In this document: piece by piece, positions 50,942 to 61,085 of the stretch
Position numbering within the stretch: the first letter of the stretch is position 1
Layout of the letters: every line of letters begins with the position of its first letter
Assembly: GCA_963719515.1 (NCBI GenBank)
Contig: CAVRCJ010000003.1
Location: 192,001-256,000, forward strand
From: an uncultured cyanobacterium
GTDB taxonomy: Bacteria; Cyanobacteriota; Cyanobacteriia; CAKZMO01
Direction: 5' to 3'
DNA: 64,000 nt
Notes under the pieces: generated by a model
Told to the model about the DNA's origin: nothing
The model's database searches: none
Seen by the model: the letters and a program-made list of their open reading frames with translations, nothing else
Position numbers and translations under genes: made by a program

Positions 50942-52213
50942 CTAGAGCCCCAGCAGCCAAAAAATCGGCAAAACGGCAGCGGCCAGCAGCACCGCTGACA
51001 GCGCCGCCGCCTTTGTCTCAGGCAAATTGGCAATCTGACTACAGCTGCTGTAAAGGATGAGCACGGTGTAGCTCGCGGCGATCGCCAGCAGACTTACAAA
51101 TAAAGGCAGCGGCAGCCCCAGCGCTAGAACAACGACGCTAGCGGGCAGTAGCGCGACCCCGGCGGTAAAGATGTCCCCCGCCAGACTGCTGTAGCCCCCC
51201 AGCAGCCAGCGCCCGAGACGAGTTGTCAAGGCCACGCTCGCCAGCGGCAATAGCCCTATTGCGGCCTGCAGCAGCCAGGGTGTGGAGGTCAGAAGACTCA
51301 GCTTGAACCCCAAGCACAGCGCCAACACCCCTCCGAAGACTAACCCCACGGCGATCGCCCGCTGATTGCCTAGCCGCACGAAGGTGGGCAGCAGCCCCCC
51401 GACGGGGTTGGCGCTGCGGCGCACCACCAAAAACGCATCTCGCAAAGGGAGTGAGGGGTCGGCCCGCGCGACGCGCAGCACGAACCACCCGTCTACTTTC
51501 TTGAGGGCAGCCTGCGCCGCACGGGTGTTGCGCTCGTCTCCCTGCTGCGTGAAGGATTTGACGGCCTGCCGTAGGTCCACCGAAGCCGCGCGGCGATCGC
51601 CTAGGTCGGCGTAGGCCAGTCCGCGGCGATAGTAAGCTTTGGCGTAGCCTGCATCTAGCTCTAGGGCGTTGGTGAAGTCTCGAATAGCGGCTTCTGTGTC
51701 CCCCAGATCAAATCGGGTCAGTCCGCGATAGAAATGCACCGGAGCTAGGTGGAGGTTGAGCTGTAGCGCTGCGCCATAGTCGGCCAGCGCCGCCGGATAG
51801 TTGTGCAGGTTGTAGTAGGCGAAGCCCCGCTGGGCGTAGGCATCGATGTAGCCTGGGTCAAGGCTCAGGGCCTGGGAGTAGATGACGACGGCATCTCGAT
51901 AGTGGCCTTTTTGCGCCTGAGAAAGGCCCCGCCGATAAAGCTCTAGCGCCTCGTAGGCGGCGTCCTCGAAGTCGGCGGCGTCGTTGATGGGGACGCGCTC
52001 TGACGCATCAATCATGCGATTGTAGCGATCGCGCTCTACGGGGTCCAGCAACACCTGGTAGATGGACGTCAGCCGATGAAAAACCTCTACGGCGTCTTCG
52101 TCTGGGTTGACATCTGGGTGATATTGACGCGCCAACCGCCGGTAGGCTCTTTTAATATCGACCAGGTCTGCGTCTGGGTGAACCCCAAGAACGTCGTAGT
52201 AAGTTTGCGTCAC
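50942..52213 (-). CDS. DnaJ-domain + TPR protein with C-terminal TM helices
   Basis: YYDVLGV..IKRAYRRLARQYHPD; about four TPR repeats; hydrophobic tail. Confidence 0.9.
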   Translation of the reverse strand: MTQTYYDVLGVHPDADLVDIKRAYRRLARQYHPDVNPDEDAVEVFHRLTSIYQVLLDPVERDRYNRMIDASERVPINDAADFEDAAYEALELYRRGLSQAQKGHYRDAVVIYSQALSLDPGYIDAYAQRGFAYYNLHNYPAALADYGAALQLNLHLAPVHFYRGLTRFDLGDTEAAIRDFTNALELDAGYAKAYYRRGLAYADLGDRRAASVDLRQAVKSFTQQGDERNTRAAQAALKKVDGWFVLRVARADPSLPLRDAFLVVRRSANPVGGLLPTFVRLGNQRAIAVGLVFGGVLALCLGFKLSLLTSTPWLLQAAIGLLPLASVALTTRLGRWLLGGYSSLAGDIFTAGVALLPASVVVLALGLPLPLFVSLLAIAASYTVLILYSSCSQIANLPETKAAALSAVLLAAAVLPIFWLLGL

Positions 52214-52415
52214 CACCGCACTGCTCCACAGGTTAGATAAGCGTTCATCGCCCTGCGCTGCTCTCGAAAGACCTTTCATCCCTGACAAAGTATCTTTCTG
52301 GCAAGGCCCGTTCCGCAATCACTGCTTCGTACTACATCTCAATAGAGTCGCTATCTGGGCATATTTGACGCCGAGCGACCCTAACCTAGCGCTGGCGGCT
52401 CCTAACTTGGGCATT

Positions 52416-52871
52416 TTAGGGTTTCGGCGCTTTAGACTTTGGGACTTCAGAGTTTGGCGATTGGGCTTTGATAGCCTGAGCGTCATACTTCTCTCCGGCC
52501 CCGTAGGAGTCAATATCCATAGCCTCTGAGCCTCCCATTACCAGCAGCTTGAACATCGAACCCAGCTGTAGCCAGATGAGCAGCGCTGTTGGCAGCGTCA
52601 CCACCAGAGCAAAAATGGTCGCCGTTACTGGCGAAAACCCAAACGTTCCTAGAGTTGCCCCAACTGACACCGTCACCAGTAAGCTGAGCACCCCATAGAC
52701 GAGGGAAATGCCGGGCTTTTCATACTCAACTGTAGGCTGGGTATCGCGGTTGGCATACCAGCGATTGACCTCGTACTCCAGCATGTCTTTGAAGATGATG
52801 CCCCAGAGAACTGCAAACACCGTCGAGGCGATAGCAGCGGCATAAACTGGGCTGAGCTGAGTGGTTTCCAT
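52416..52871 (-). CDS. Hypothetical membrane protein
   Basis: Three hydrophobic segments; WGIIFKDMLEY, WLQLGSM..L..GGS.A.DID. Confidence 0.75.
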   Translation of the reverse strand: METTQLSPVYAAAIASTVFAVLWGIIFKDMLEYEVNRWYANRDTQPTVEYEKPGISLVYGVLSLLVTVSVGATLGTFGFSPVTATIFALVVTLPTALLIWLQLGSMFKLLVMGGSEAMDIDSYGAGEKYDAQAIKAQSPNSEVPKSKAPKP

Positions 52872-52937
52872 GGATAACAAGCTTGGAAGGGGGTAGGAGT
52901 CGCCTAGGACACTGGCGCTAGCGGCGCTTGAGGGAGA

Positions 52938-52992
52938 GGCGCTCAATTAGTGGCACTTAATTGGTAGCGCTCAATCAACAGCGCTCAGCGCA
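52938..52992. repeat. Degenerate 14-bp tandem repeat (GGCGCTCAATTAGT-like)
   Basis: ggcgctcaattagt / ggcacttaattggt / agcgctcaatcaac / agcgctcagc. Confidence 0.6.
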
Positions 52993-53051
52993 CTGACGTA
53001 GTATACAGCAGGCGGCTGCAGTCCAGAGGCCTGTAAATACTCCTCGACGCT

Positions 53052-53798
53052 TTACTCCGCAGAATCACCGGCAGGCACCTCAGATGCCGGCAGCACGACG
53101 CACTCCTGCGTCTGACACTGCTTGGCAAACAGCTCGTTCACGTAGGGCTTTTGCCAACTCACCGGAATCTCTAGCAGGTCGCGAGCGCCCGTAAAGCCCT
53201 GGCCGACAAACAGGAGGACTGCTATAGCGTTGAGCATGGCATGGGCCCGCCGCCACCGTTTTTGCTTGTCTTTGTAAATGTCGGGCACCACCGCCACCGA
53301 CAAAATCATCAAAAGAGCGGCAACGATACCGTAATAGTAGTGAGAGGTATACCACTCGAAACCGCGCCGAAATATCTCGGGTTGACAACCCAGGATAATC
53401 AGCCCCATACCGGTTAACGTCGCAAAGATGCCGCGCCACAGGGCAGGCTGGGCGCGGTAGAGCAGCACCGCAGAAGCAAGGGTAAGCGCAATCATGAGCC
53501 CAACGAAGGTGACGCGTCCAGGCTCTGTAGCGAAGGTATCGTTGATGATCATTTTGCTGGTAATAGGCTCACTAAGGCCCAAGATACCGACGCCAATGAC
53601 TCCCGCCGCTAGCCACCGTCCGATGGTCAGGTGCTCAGAACCCACAACGGGAGGAATTTTACTTTTCTCTTTATTTTCTACGGTCAGGCGACGCTGTCGA
53701 GTTTGCCAAGCTAAAGCTGTGGCAATGCCAACGAGGGGAAAAACGAATACGACGGCTAGCGTTGGATGTAGGAGCAGGGCAAAATCAGCGATACTCAC
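53052..53798 (-). CDS. DUF4079 membrane protein
   Basis: LLHP, AWQTRQRRL, EH..GRWL, SHYYYG, WRRAH..LN, TGARDLLEIP. Confidence 0.85.
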   Translation of the reverse strand: MSIADFALLLHPTLAVVFVFPLVGIATALAWQTRQRRLTVENKEKSKIPPVVGSEHLTIGRWLAAGVIGVGILGLSEPITSKMIINDTFATEPGRVTFVGLMIALTLASAVLLYRAQPALWRGIFATLTGMGLIILGCQPEIFRRGFEWYTSHYYYGIVAALLMILSVAVVPDIYKDKQKRWRRAHAMLNAIAVLLFVGQGFTGARDLLEIPVSWQKPYVNELFAKQCQTQECVVLPASEVPAGDSAE

Positions 53799-54016
53799 GG
53801 CGGCTCTCTGAGTTTTGGTGGTTGACAGAAGTTGATTTGCTGAGATCATTTCACAGCACAGCCCTAAGGTACCGTGCTTTTCCATACCGGAAATGAATTC
53901 ACCGTGAGGACAGGCGGTAGGACTGCTGAAAGTATCCAGCAGCGATCGCCCCTGTGGTCACCTCAAGGGGCACAGCATTCTGAGCCTATACGAGAGCCTC
54001 GGCTTTGACGCCGCCG

Positions 54017-54907
54017 CTAAACGGCCCTAGCCAAGAGGGTATTTAAGAACGGCAGCAGCAGCGTAAAGAAGTAGTACACCAGGGGCCCCGTGAACACGTA
54101 GCTGTCGGTGCGGTCTAAAATGCCGCCGTGACCCGGAATCAGACTGCCCGAGTCTTTTACCCCCACGTCGCGCTTCATCATCGACTCCGTCAGATCTCCC
54201 AAAAGGCTAGCAATACCGATGATTAGCCCTAGCGCTAGCCCAGATAGCGGCCAGCCCACCCAGCCCAGATACCAGGTTCCCGTCATTGCCACCGTGGCGC
54301 AGGCCAGCACGCCGCACACAGCGCCTTCTACCGTTTTCTTGGGGCTGATTTCCGAAAGACGGGTGCGGCCAAACGTTTTGCCAAAGACGTACCCGCCGAT
54401 ATCGGCGGCCCAGATACAGCCAAAAGTAATTAGGGTAATCACGAGGCCAATCGGCAAAGCCATAGGGTCAGCCCAAACTGACCAGTCTGAGGGCCAGTAT
54501 CCAGCCAGAGAGAAGGGGTTTTCGATGCCTAGATTGCGGATTCTTACCAGGTAGCTCGGCAAGTATCCCCCGTAAAAAAGCCCCAGAATCGAGGCGGAGA
54601 TGTCGGCGATTGTAGCAAATTTGGGCTGAAACAAGAGGTAGAAGCAGATAAACGTGCCCGCAACGGGAAACACGGCATCGGCCAGGGTAGGAGAGATCAT
54701 CGAGACCACCAGCAGCACCTGGCTGACCACCAAGGTCGTTTTAGCGGCGGGGGCAATACCTTTTGCTTGGGCCAGCTGAAAGTACTCCGACTGACCTAAA
54801 TACACCAAGACGCCGATCAAAAAGGTGAAGTACCAGCCTCCTAAGAGAATCATGGTCCCGGCAATGATAATGGCGACTATGCCGCTGATGACGCGAGGAG
54901 TAGGCAT
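54017..54907 (-). CDS. cdsA: Phosphatidate cytidylyltransferase
   Basis: WAADIGGY, ISPKKTVEG, GDLTESMMKRDVGVKDSG.LIPGHGGILDRTDS. Confidence 0.96.
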   Translation of the reverse strand: MPTPRVISGIVAIIIAGTMILLGGWYFTFLIGVLVYLGQSEYFQLAQAKGIAPAAKTTLVVSQVLLVVSMISPTLADAVFPVAGTFICFYLLFQPKFATIADISASILGLFYGGYLPSYLVRIRNLGIENPFSLAGYWPSDWSVWADPMALPIGLVITLITFGCIWAADIGGYVFGKTFGRTRLSEISPKKTVEGAVCGVLACATVAMTGTWYLGWVGWPLSGLALGLIIGIASLLGDLTESMMKRDVGVKDSGSLIPGHGGILDRTDSYVFTGPLVYYFFTLLLPFLNTLLARAV

Positions 54908-55275
54908 AAAGAGTAGGCTAGCGTGTGGATTTTTTGGAGGCGGAACTCTCGAAAGAGCGCGGCTGAACTCAGCAAAACTAGACGTGATCAACGGGCTACT
55001 GTGATGCCGATATTAAATCTAGTTTAAGACGATCTGGTCTCTCTCCGGGACAGAAGAGCGGTGAGTCCAGGTCATGCCATCAATGGGTCAAGGGAGTTGC
55101 GTCGAGTATTCGCGTTAATTCACGTTAGTTAGTATTATGACGAATTGCTTCGTAGGCTAGAAGCCCTCGCCATATGTCTTTCGACATAAACTAAAACCGG
55201 CGCTGCTGAACTGCGGGATGACTCCCGAACGGACGCGACGTGCCGCGCCTCTCCAGGCTGAAATCGGTCTATCAC

Positions 55276-55301
55276 AATTGTATTAAGAAATTGTATTAAG
55301 A
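55276..55301. repeat. Perfect 13-bp tandem duplication AATTGTATTAAGA
   Basis: Read directly, just past the pabB stop. Confidence 0.85.
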
Positions 55302-55302
55302 A

Positions 55303-57060
55303 TCATGAAATTTGGCGGTGGGCTGACTTGAGCGCTGCAGCCCGCCAGCCCCGCACCGAATTGACGACAAATAGGCGATCGCACTTCTCTAGCACCGCGC
55401 AGGAGATTACTTTTTCCTGCACGATCCCTTGGTCTAGCAGCTGCGCCCGCAATGTCCCGGGCAAAAGGCCGCAGCGAGTGGGGGGAGTGTACCGCTGCCC
55501 GCCAAGCTCAACCACCAGGTTGCCAGTGGTGGTCTCGGTGGCCTCATGACGCTCGTTCCAGAGAATGACGTCATCAACCGCGGCGGGAGCGCCCTGGCGG
55601 GCCTGGTGGTAGACCTCGCGGTGGGTCGTTTTGTGGTGCAAGAAGACGTCTGACGAGGCGATGGGCTGCTGGGCTAAACAGAGGGTGAGCGGGGTAGGCG
55701 GTGGTCCCGAGGGCGGTAGCGCTACCGCCTCGCCGCTGAGAGCGCCGTCGGCGGCCAGCATCAGCCGAACTTTACGAGGATCGTGGTATGGGGAAACAGC
55801 TGTCTCTAGCCATTGCAGCAGGGCTTTGCGGTCGTAGGAAAAGCCAAAATAGGCCGCCGACTGCCGCAGCCGCTCTAGATGGCGTTCCAGCAAAGTGTAG
55901 CCCCCCTCAGGAGTCCAGAGCAGGCTCTCTAGCAGGGAAAACGGGGGACGGTGGTGGTGCAGCACCTGGGCCTTGGTGCAGCACTCGGCGTATTCCTCGT
56001 CGGCCTGGGAGTCCCAAACGATGCCGCCCCCAACGCCGTATTCTGCCATTCGCCGTCGTCGGTCCATCAGCACCGTACGAATCGCCACGTTAAACTGCGA
56101 TCGCCCGTCGGGGCACATGAACCCAATCGTGCCGGTGTAGATGTGGCGGGAGCTGGATTCTAGCTGGGCAATCAGGGACATAGTCCGGGGCTTGGGGGCC
56201 CCCGTAATTGAGGCGGGCGGAAACAGGGCCTGAAAAAGTTCTGCTGTTGACGCGGTGGTGTGGCCCTGAACTGTCGAGGTCATCTGCCACACTGTAGGGT
56301 AGCGCTCTAGGTCGAAGAGGCGAGGAACCTCGACGCTGCCCACGGTAGCGACCCGACCGAGGTCATGGCGCACCATATCCACAATCATGGCGTTCTCTGC
56401 CTGGTTTTTTGCAGAGGCCCGCAGCCAAGCCGCCTGCCGGCTATCTTGCTCAAGATTTAGTCCACGGGGTACCGTGCCTTTCATCGGCTTGGAGATCACC
56501 CGACCGCCGCTGTGGGAAAAAAACAGTTCGGGAGACGCGCAGGCCATCACCCAGTCCCCAGCCTCCACAAAAGCGCCGTAGTCCGCCGATTGAGCCTGAG
56601 TCATCTGCAGGAACAATCCCCAAGGATCGGCGGGCATCTCGGCTCTGAGGCGAAAAGAAAAGTTGACCTGGTACGTGTTCCCGGCGGCAATCTGGGCCTT
56701 GATGGCGGCAATTTTTTGGCGATATTGGGATTGGGAAATGGAAGGCTGCCAGTCGATTGGGGCTGCTTTGGGAGCGGGGGGAAGCGCGATGTTAGTGGGG
56801 CGATCGCAAATTTCAAACCACAGCAGCGGCAGGCGGCCCTCCTCGGGGGCCGCCCGATTAGCGCAGGTCTCCAGCGCTGAGTCAAACCCCGACGCCGCCT
56901 CGTAGGCCACATACCCAGCGGCATACCTACCGCCGTCGACCTGGCGCTGCACGGCCTCCAGTGCCGGAATGACTTCACTAGGATAATGGGCAGCGATCAC
57001 CGCCGCAGGGCGATCGAAGCGAAGCCACTGCTGAGATGACGCATCATGGACGATTAGCAT
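55303..57060 (-). CDS. pabB: Aminodeoxychorismate synthase component I fused to a class IV aminotransferase/ADC lyase-like domain
   Basis: GNTYQVN, SPELFF, KPMKGT, ENAMIVDMVR, SITGAPK, YTGTIG, NVAIRT, GVGGGIVWDS; then HLERL, HKTT.R, GLLPGT.R, NSVRG. Confidence 0.93.
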   Translation of the reverse strand: MLIVHDASSQQWLRFDRPAAVIAAHYPSEVIPALEAVQRQVDGGRYAAGYVAYEAASGFDSALETCANRAAPEEGRLPLLWFEICDRPTNIALPPAPKAAPIDWQPSISQSQYRQKIAAIKAQIAAGNTYQVNFSFRLRAEMPADPWGLFLQMTQAQSADYGAFVEAGDWVMACASPELFFSHSGGRVISKPMKGTVPRGLNLEQDSRQAAWLRASAKNQAENAMIVDMVRHDLGRVATVGSVEVPRLFDLERYPTVWQMTSTVQGHTTASTAELFQALFPPASITGAPKPRTMSLIAQLESSSRHIYTGTIGFMCPDGRSQFNVAIRTVLMDRRRRMAEYGVGGGIVWDSQADEEYAECCTKAQVLHHHRPPFSLLESLLWTPEGGYTLLERHLERLRQSAAYFGFSYDRKALLQWLETAVSPYHDPRKVRLMLAADGALSGEAVALPPSGPPPTPLTLCLAQQPIASSDVFLHHKTTHREVYHQARQGAPAAVDDVILWNERHEATETTTGNLVVELGGQRYTPPTRCGLLPGTLRAQLLDQGIVQEKVISCAVLEKCDRLFVVNSVRGWRAAALKSAHRQIS

Positions 57061-57100
57061 AACTGCGGAAGATTAGGGTGGGTCAAGCGCTGTCTATGGT

Positions 57101-58933
57101 TTACCCTTTCATATTGATGAATACCCCGAGACGCTCGCCGCTGGCCCTTCCGGTAACGTCACCATTAGAGCCACTAGCTTCCCCATCGCCATAGCGGGTG
57201 AGGGTCGTAGACTCGACGATGCCGTCTAGGCCCTCAAATAAGTCAAAGCCTTTGGTAGGGCGAGAGGGCTGCGCCAGGGTGCGGACCGTAGACCAGTCGA
57301 GGTGGAGATAGCCGTTGGGCGATGGCCCTAAGGCGGCGATCGCCCGAGAGATGCCGTCGGTCTCGGTGGTTTGCAGCGCTCGGGCGATGGCCCCGACGGA
57401 GGTGGCGACGAGGACGGTATTGTCTACGACGGCGTGGGCTCCTTTGACTTCGGCTATCAGGCGAGGAATATCGCCGTCAGCTTCGTTGGGAGGAACGCCT
57501 ACCGATAGCTTCGTCCACACCGTGAGCGGATGTTGGCGGTAGGGAATGGTTCCTACCGTGAGCCCTTGGGCCTGGGCCTGGGCGTCTAGGTCGCGGAGGC
57601 CGTCTTCAGCCTTTGGTGAGGTGGGCGTGACAAACAGCCAGTCGCGCTTGGCGTCTGGCCTGGGCAGCTTGGCGATACCGTAGCTGTCCCTCACCCAGGG
57701 CACCACCCGGTCTCGGATGTCCTGAATGTCTAGGCCCAAAGCCTCTAGGTCAAGGGGGGCAATGGCCTCTAGGGCGGCTGCTGCGGCCGGAGAAGGATCG
57801 CCGGCAATCAGGTCAGACCACCGCACCGACAAATCTCGGTCGAGGATAGCGGCCGCGCTGCTGCTGGGCAGCCACGCAGCCAAAGCGCGGTCTACCGGGG
57901 CGGGCGGGGCTTCGTCTGGATCATTGCTTGGGGAACTCTCTGAAGTCGCGGGGGGCTGCGTACCGAGCGATCGCGCTTCCAGGGAGGTAAGCCAGAGCTG
58001 CAGCGCTAAGTCATTATCGGCCTGAGTCACAGCCGCCAACAGCGTATCGTGCCGCGCCCAGTCGCTATCGGTTATTCGTAGCCGAATCAGATCTGATAAG
58101 GCTGGGGACCACGAACGCAGCTGGGGCAGATCTGCCAGCACAAATCCGATACCCTCAGGAGGAAGCTGGGCGATCGCCGCGCTGTAGCGCTGCCGGGACT
58201 GAACTCTGAGAGAGGGGCTCTGAGCGCTGCTGATGGCGTCTTGTAAAACGCTCAGGTGACTGGCGATTAGCACCAGCTGACGGCCAATGTGAGCTGTTGC
58301 CAGCGCTGCTGGCGCAGGGTCAGCCTTCTCAGCGGTCCCGGCGTAGGTGATTTCAATTCCAGCTTGGCGGGTAGTCTGAGCGGTGCGGCCCCGCCACAGC
58401 CGCTGCAAAAATTCCCGAGAGGACTGGGGGTCGTCCGTGGCGATCGCGACTAGATATCCCGGCTGGCTGCCGTTCTCGGCGTTGCGATCTTCATCTAAGC
58501 TCACCAGCGCAGCAGTCACCTCTGAGCCAATCCACGGCCTAATGTCTTGGTTATAGCGAATGCCAAACCGGCGCAGCTGGCGCTTGAGACCGCCTAAACG
58601 CCGCCGCAGAGAGCGCTGTTGGGTGAAGGGAACGGCGGCAATCTGCGCCGCCTCCCAATCAGTCGCATCCACGAGCAAAGACCCGAGAGCCAAGGTGCGT
58701 CCGGGGATAAAGGCCATAGTTTTGGGCTGGTCTCTGGCGGGACGGCTCTCTCCAGCTGCATCAAAAGCTGTGCCGGTGGCGGAGCGAGGCCAGGGGCTAG
58801 ACGTCAGGCCACTGCTGTCTCCAGGCAGGGCTGCTGCCACCTGGGCTCGAAGCCAGGCAGCTCCGCCTAGCGACAGCAGTAGCAAGGATAGAGCCCCTAC
58901 CGTTAGCACCCGCAAGAAGGCTTGAAATTTCAT
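57101..58933 (-). CDS. DUF3352-domain protein
   Basis: N-terminal TM; Y.QDIRPWIGSEVTAA..D.DR..NG.QPGYL; DWLFV, WTKL, NGYLHLDW. Confidence 0.8.
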   Translation of the reverse strand: MKFQAFLRVLTVGALSLLLLSLGGAAWLRAQVAAALPGDSSGLTSSPWPRSATGTAFDAAGESRPARDQPKTMAFIPGRTLALGSLLVDATDWEAAQIAAVPFTQQRSLRRRLGGLKRQLRRFGIRYNQDIRPWIGSEVTAALVSLDEDRNAENGSQPGYLVAIATDDPQSSREFLQRLWRGRTAQTTRQAGIEITYAGTAEKADPAPAALATAHIGRQLVLIASHLSVLQDAISSAQSPSLRVQSRQRYSAAIAQLPPEGIGFVLADLPQLRSWSPALSDLIRLRITDSDWARHDTLLAAVTQADNDLALQLWLTSLEARSLGTQPPATSESSPSNDPDEAPPAPVDRALAAWLPSSSAAAILDRDLSVRWSDLIAGDPSPAAAAALEAIAPLDLEALGLDIQDIRDRVVPWVRDSYGIAKLPRPDAKRDWLFVTPTSPKAEDGLRDLDAQAQAQGLTVGTIPYRQHPLTVWTKLSVGVPPNEADGDIPRLIAEVKGAHAVVDNTVLVATSVGAIARALQTTETDGISRAIAALGPSPNGYLHLDWSTVRTLAQPSRPTKGFDLFEGLDGIVESTTLTRYGDGEASGSNGDVTGRASGERLGVFINMKG

Positions 58934-59293
58934 AAAAATGGGGTTTTGCGATCTCACCTCTGGTTTACCATACGGTCGGACTGTTCCTGCCAGATCGACC
59001 CAGATCGACGACCATAGAGCCGAAGCGATGGCAACCCTAGAGAAGAGTGCCTTGCGTTCTCCGCGGCCTTACCTCGACAATAAAGACCTCCAGACTCACG
59101 TTTTACCTAAACCCTAGAGCCATAGTTTGAGGCCACAGTTTTCAGTATTCGCGCCAAACTGCCATCAGCTTCGTTAAATTAACGTTAGCTGATATGCAAT
59201 TTGTCGCAGGTCTCTCTAAAATTTGAACAGCCCTTCACCTGGACAGCCTTGCCATTTGAAGCGGACCAGCATGAACCACAAGCGGTTGATTGA

Positions 59294-60346
59294 ATGGACG
59301 ATCTTGAACGATGCTATCGAGTCTTAGAGGTAGAGCCCGGTGCGTCTATGGATGACGTCAACCAGGCCTACAAAGATCTCGTCTTTATCTGGCATCCCGA
59401 TCGCATTCCTAAAGACAACACTCGCCTGCAGCAAAAGGCCCAGGAGAAGCTCAAGCAGCTCAATCAAGCCCGCGATCGCCTCCGAGCCTTGCGGAGAGAC
59501 GACGCCAAGTCGCCCAGTTCTAATACCCAGACTAGTGGCACCCAGTCCGGCGCCCGCTCTAGATATACGACCGCCCGCGCTACCCAAGACACCGCCCGAG
59601 ACACAACCCGCAAAACCTCCTCACGGGCCACTGCAGCAGAACGAGCCGCCGCCCGGGCCAAGGCGGCAAGCGCCCGCAGCGCCCGCCAAACCGCTAGCCG
59701 TAGGGCTCACAGCGAATCTTCATCGGCGTCTCGTCCCCGCCCCCAGCCCTCGCGCCCCCCTCGGCCTGGATTTGGAGCCGATTGGCCCCGCGCTCAGCCC
59801 CAGGCAGCGGCCCCGAGTGACGCTGCGGCGCAGTCTGGTCAAGCTTCAACCTCTAGCCAGGTGCCAAGCACTCAGTCGTCCAGCGGCACCCGCCCCACGC
59901 CAGCAGCCTCAGTCTGGCCCAGAGAAGCTCAGATGTCACCGACACCCGCCCCCGCGCCCCACGTGGCGCATCGCTGGCCAGAACCTGACCTGAGCGACGT
60001 CGACTGGCACGACCGCAATCTCAGCGAAAAAGACTTTTCAGGGCGCAACCTCCGGAACGCTAACCTCAGCGGCGCAGATCTGAGCGATACATTCCTGCAT
60101 AAAGTCAACCTCAATCGAGCCAATCTCCACAAGGCCAACCTGTTTCGCGCCAATTTGCTGCAGGCCAATCTCAGCCACGCCAACCTAAGTCAGGCCAACC
60201 TAATTGGCGCAGACCTCAGCGGCGCAGACCTCAGCGGCGCAGACCTCAGCGGCGCCCGCGTTGGCGTACCGGGGCGCGTCATGGTGAAAATGACTGGGGC
60301 GCTGCTGAGGGGGGCAATCATGCCCGACGGCTCGATCCATGACTAG
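59294..60346 (+). CDS. DnaJ-domain + pentapeptide-repeat protein
   Basis: QAYKDLVFIWHPDR; A(N/D)L(S/x)x repeats; GAIMPDG end. Confidence 0.92.
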   Translation: MDDLERCYRVLEVEPGASMDDVNQAYKDLVFIWHPDRIPKDNTRLQQKAQEKLKQLNQARDRLRALRRDDAKSPSSNTQTSGTQSGARSRYTTARATQDTARDTTRKTSSRATAAERAAARAKAASARSARQTASRRAHSESSSASRPRPQPSRPPRPGFGADWPRAQPQAAAPSDAAAQSGQASTSSQVPSTQSSSGTRPTPAASVWPREAQMSPTPAPAPHVAHRWPEPDLSDVDWHDRNLSEKDFSGRNLRNANLSGADLSDTFLHKVNLNRANLHKANLFRANLLQANLSHANLSQANLIGADLSGADLSGADLSGARVGVPGRVMVKMTGALLRGAIMPDGSIHD

Positions 60347-60433
60347 CGGAGCAGCTGTTCTGTAGGCATACGCTCAGCCTCTTTAAGCTCTCCCAAGGTT
60401 TCGACACCACCTCCACTACCAGCGATCTAATCC

Positions 60434-60778
60434 ATGGCTAACTCCGTTCCCTCTATTACCGTGCAGGAGCTTGCGACTAGACGGCAGCAGGCCGACATCC
60501 CGCTGCAGCTAATTGATGTCCGTGAACCCGAAGAGTTGGCGATCGCCGCACTTACGCCCTGCCTGCACCTGCCGCTCAGTCAATTCGACAGCTGGGCTCC
60601 GACGCTGTCCCAAAGCCTCGATTCCACGGCGGAAACGATCGTATTTTGTCACCATGGGGTGAGGTCAGCGCAGATGTGCCACTGGCTCCTGGGGCAGGGC
60701 TTTGTTGATGTGAAAAACGTTGTGGGGGGAATTAATGCCTACTCACTGTACGTTGATGCGACCCTGCCTCGATACTGA
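60434..60778 (+). CDS. Rhodanese-like domain protein
   Basis: LIDVREPEE, CHHGVRS, GGI.AY. Confidence 0.92.
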   Translation: MANSVPSITVQELATRRQQADIPLQLIDVREPEELAIAALTPCLHLPLSQFDSWAPTLSQSLDSTAETIVFCHHGVRSAQMCHWLLGQGFVDVKNVVGGINAYSLYVDATLPRY

Positions 60779-60841
60779 CGCGCCCTCGACGCCACGGTAG
60801 GGTCCCCGAGCGGAGGGCTAGGGGCGCGGCAAAATTTTATA

Positions 60842-60871
60842 CCTCTAGGTGCCTCTAAGTGCCTCTAGATG
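60842..60871. repeat. 10-bp tandem repeat CCTCTAGGTG x3 (degenerate)
   Basis: cctctaggtg cctctaagtg cctctagatg. Confidence 0.75.
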
Positions 60872-61048
60872 GCCCTGCTGCCGTAACAGGTTTTAATAAT
60901 ACCTTAATAAAAAATTCGGTATTGTAAACTGTACCTATAGGGGGTGCTACGGTATCAGGATTAGACTGCCTAGCCCTCGAACAAAGACTTATTCCTGAAG
61001 ACTATAGAGCGCCTGGCAAAGTGCCCTATGCTCCTCAGCACACGACTC

Positions 61049-61077
61049 GTAGCTCATTACACTGGTAGCTCATTACA
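61049..61077. repeat. Direct repeat GTAGCTCATTACA x2 immediately upstream of hrcA
   Basis: Exact 13-mers at 61049 and 61065. Confidence 0.85.
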
Positions 61078-61085
61078 TAAGTGCG

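Noticed and set aside
60208..60255. Perfect GCAGACCTCAGCGGC x3 repeat as a separate element
   Set aside because: It simply encodes ADLSG pentapeptide repeats.
61049..61077. NtcA site or CIRCE upstream of hrcA
   Set aside because: Spacing is GTA-N6-TAC rather than N8, and there is no CIRCE inverted repeat.
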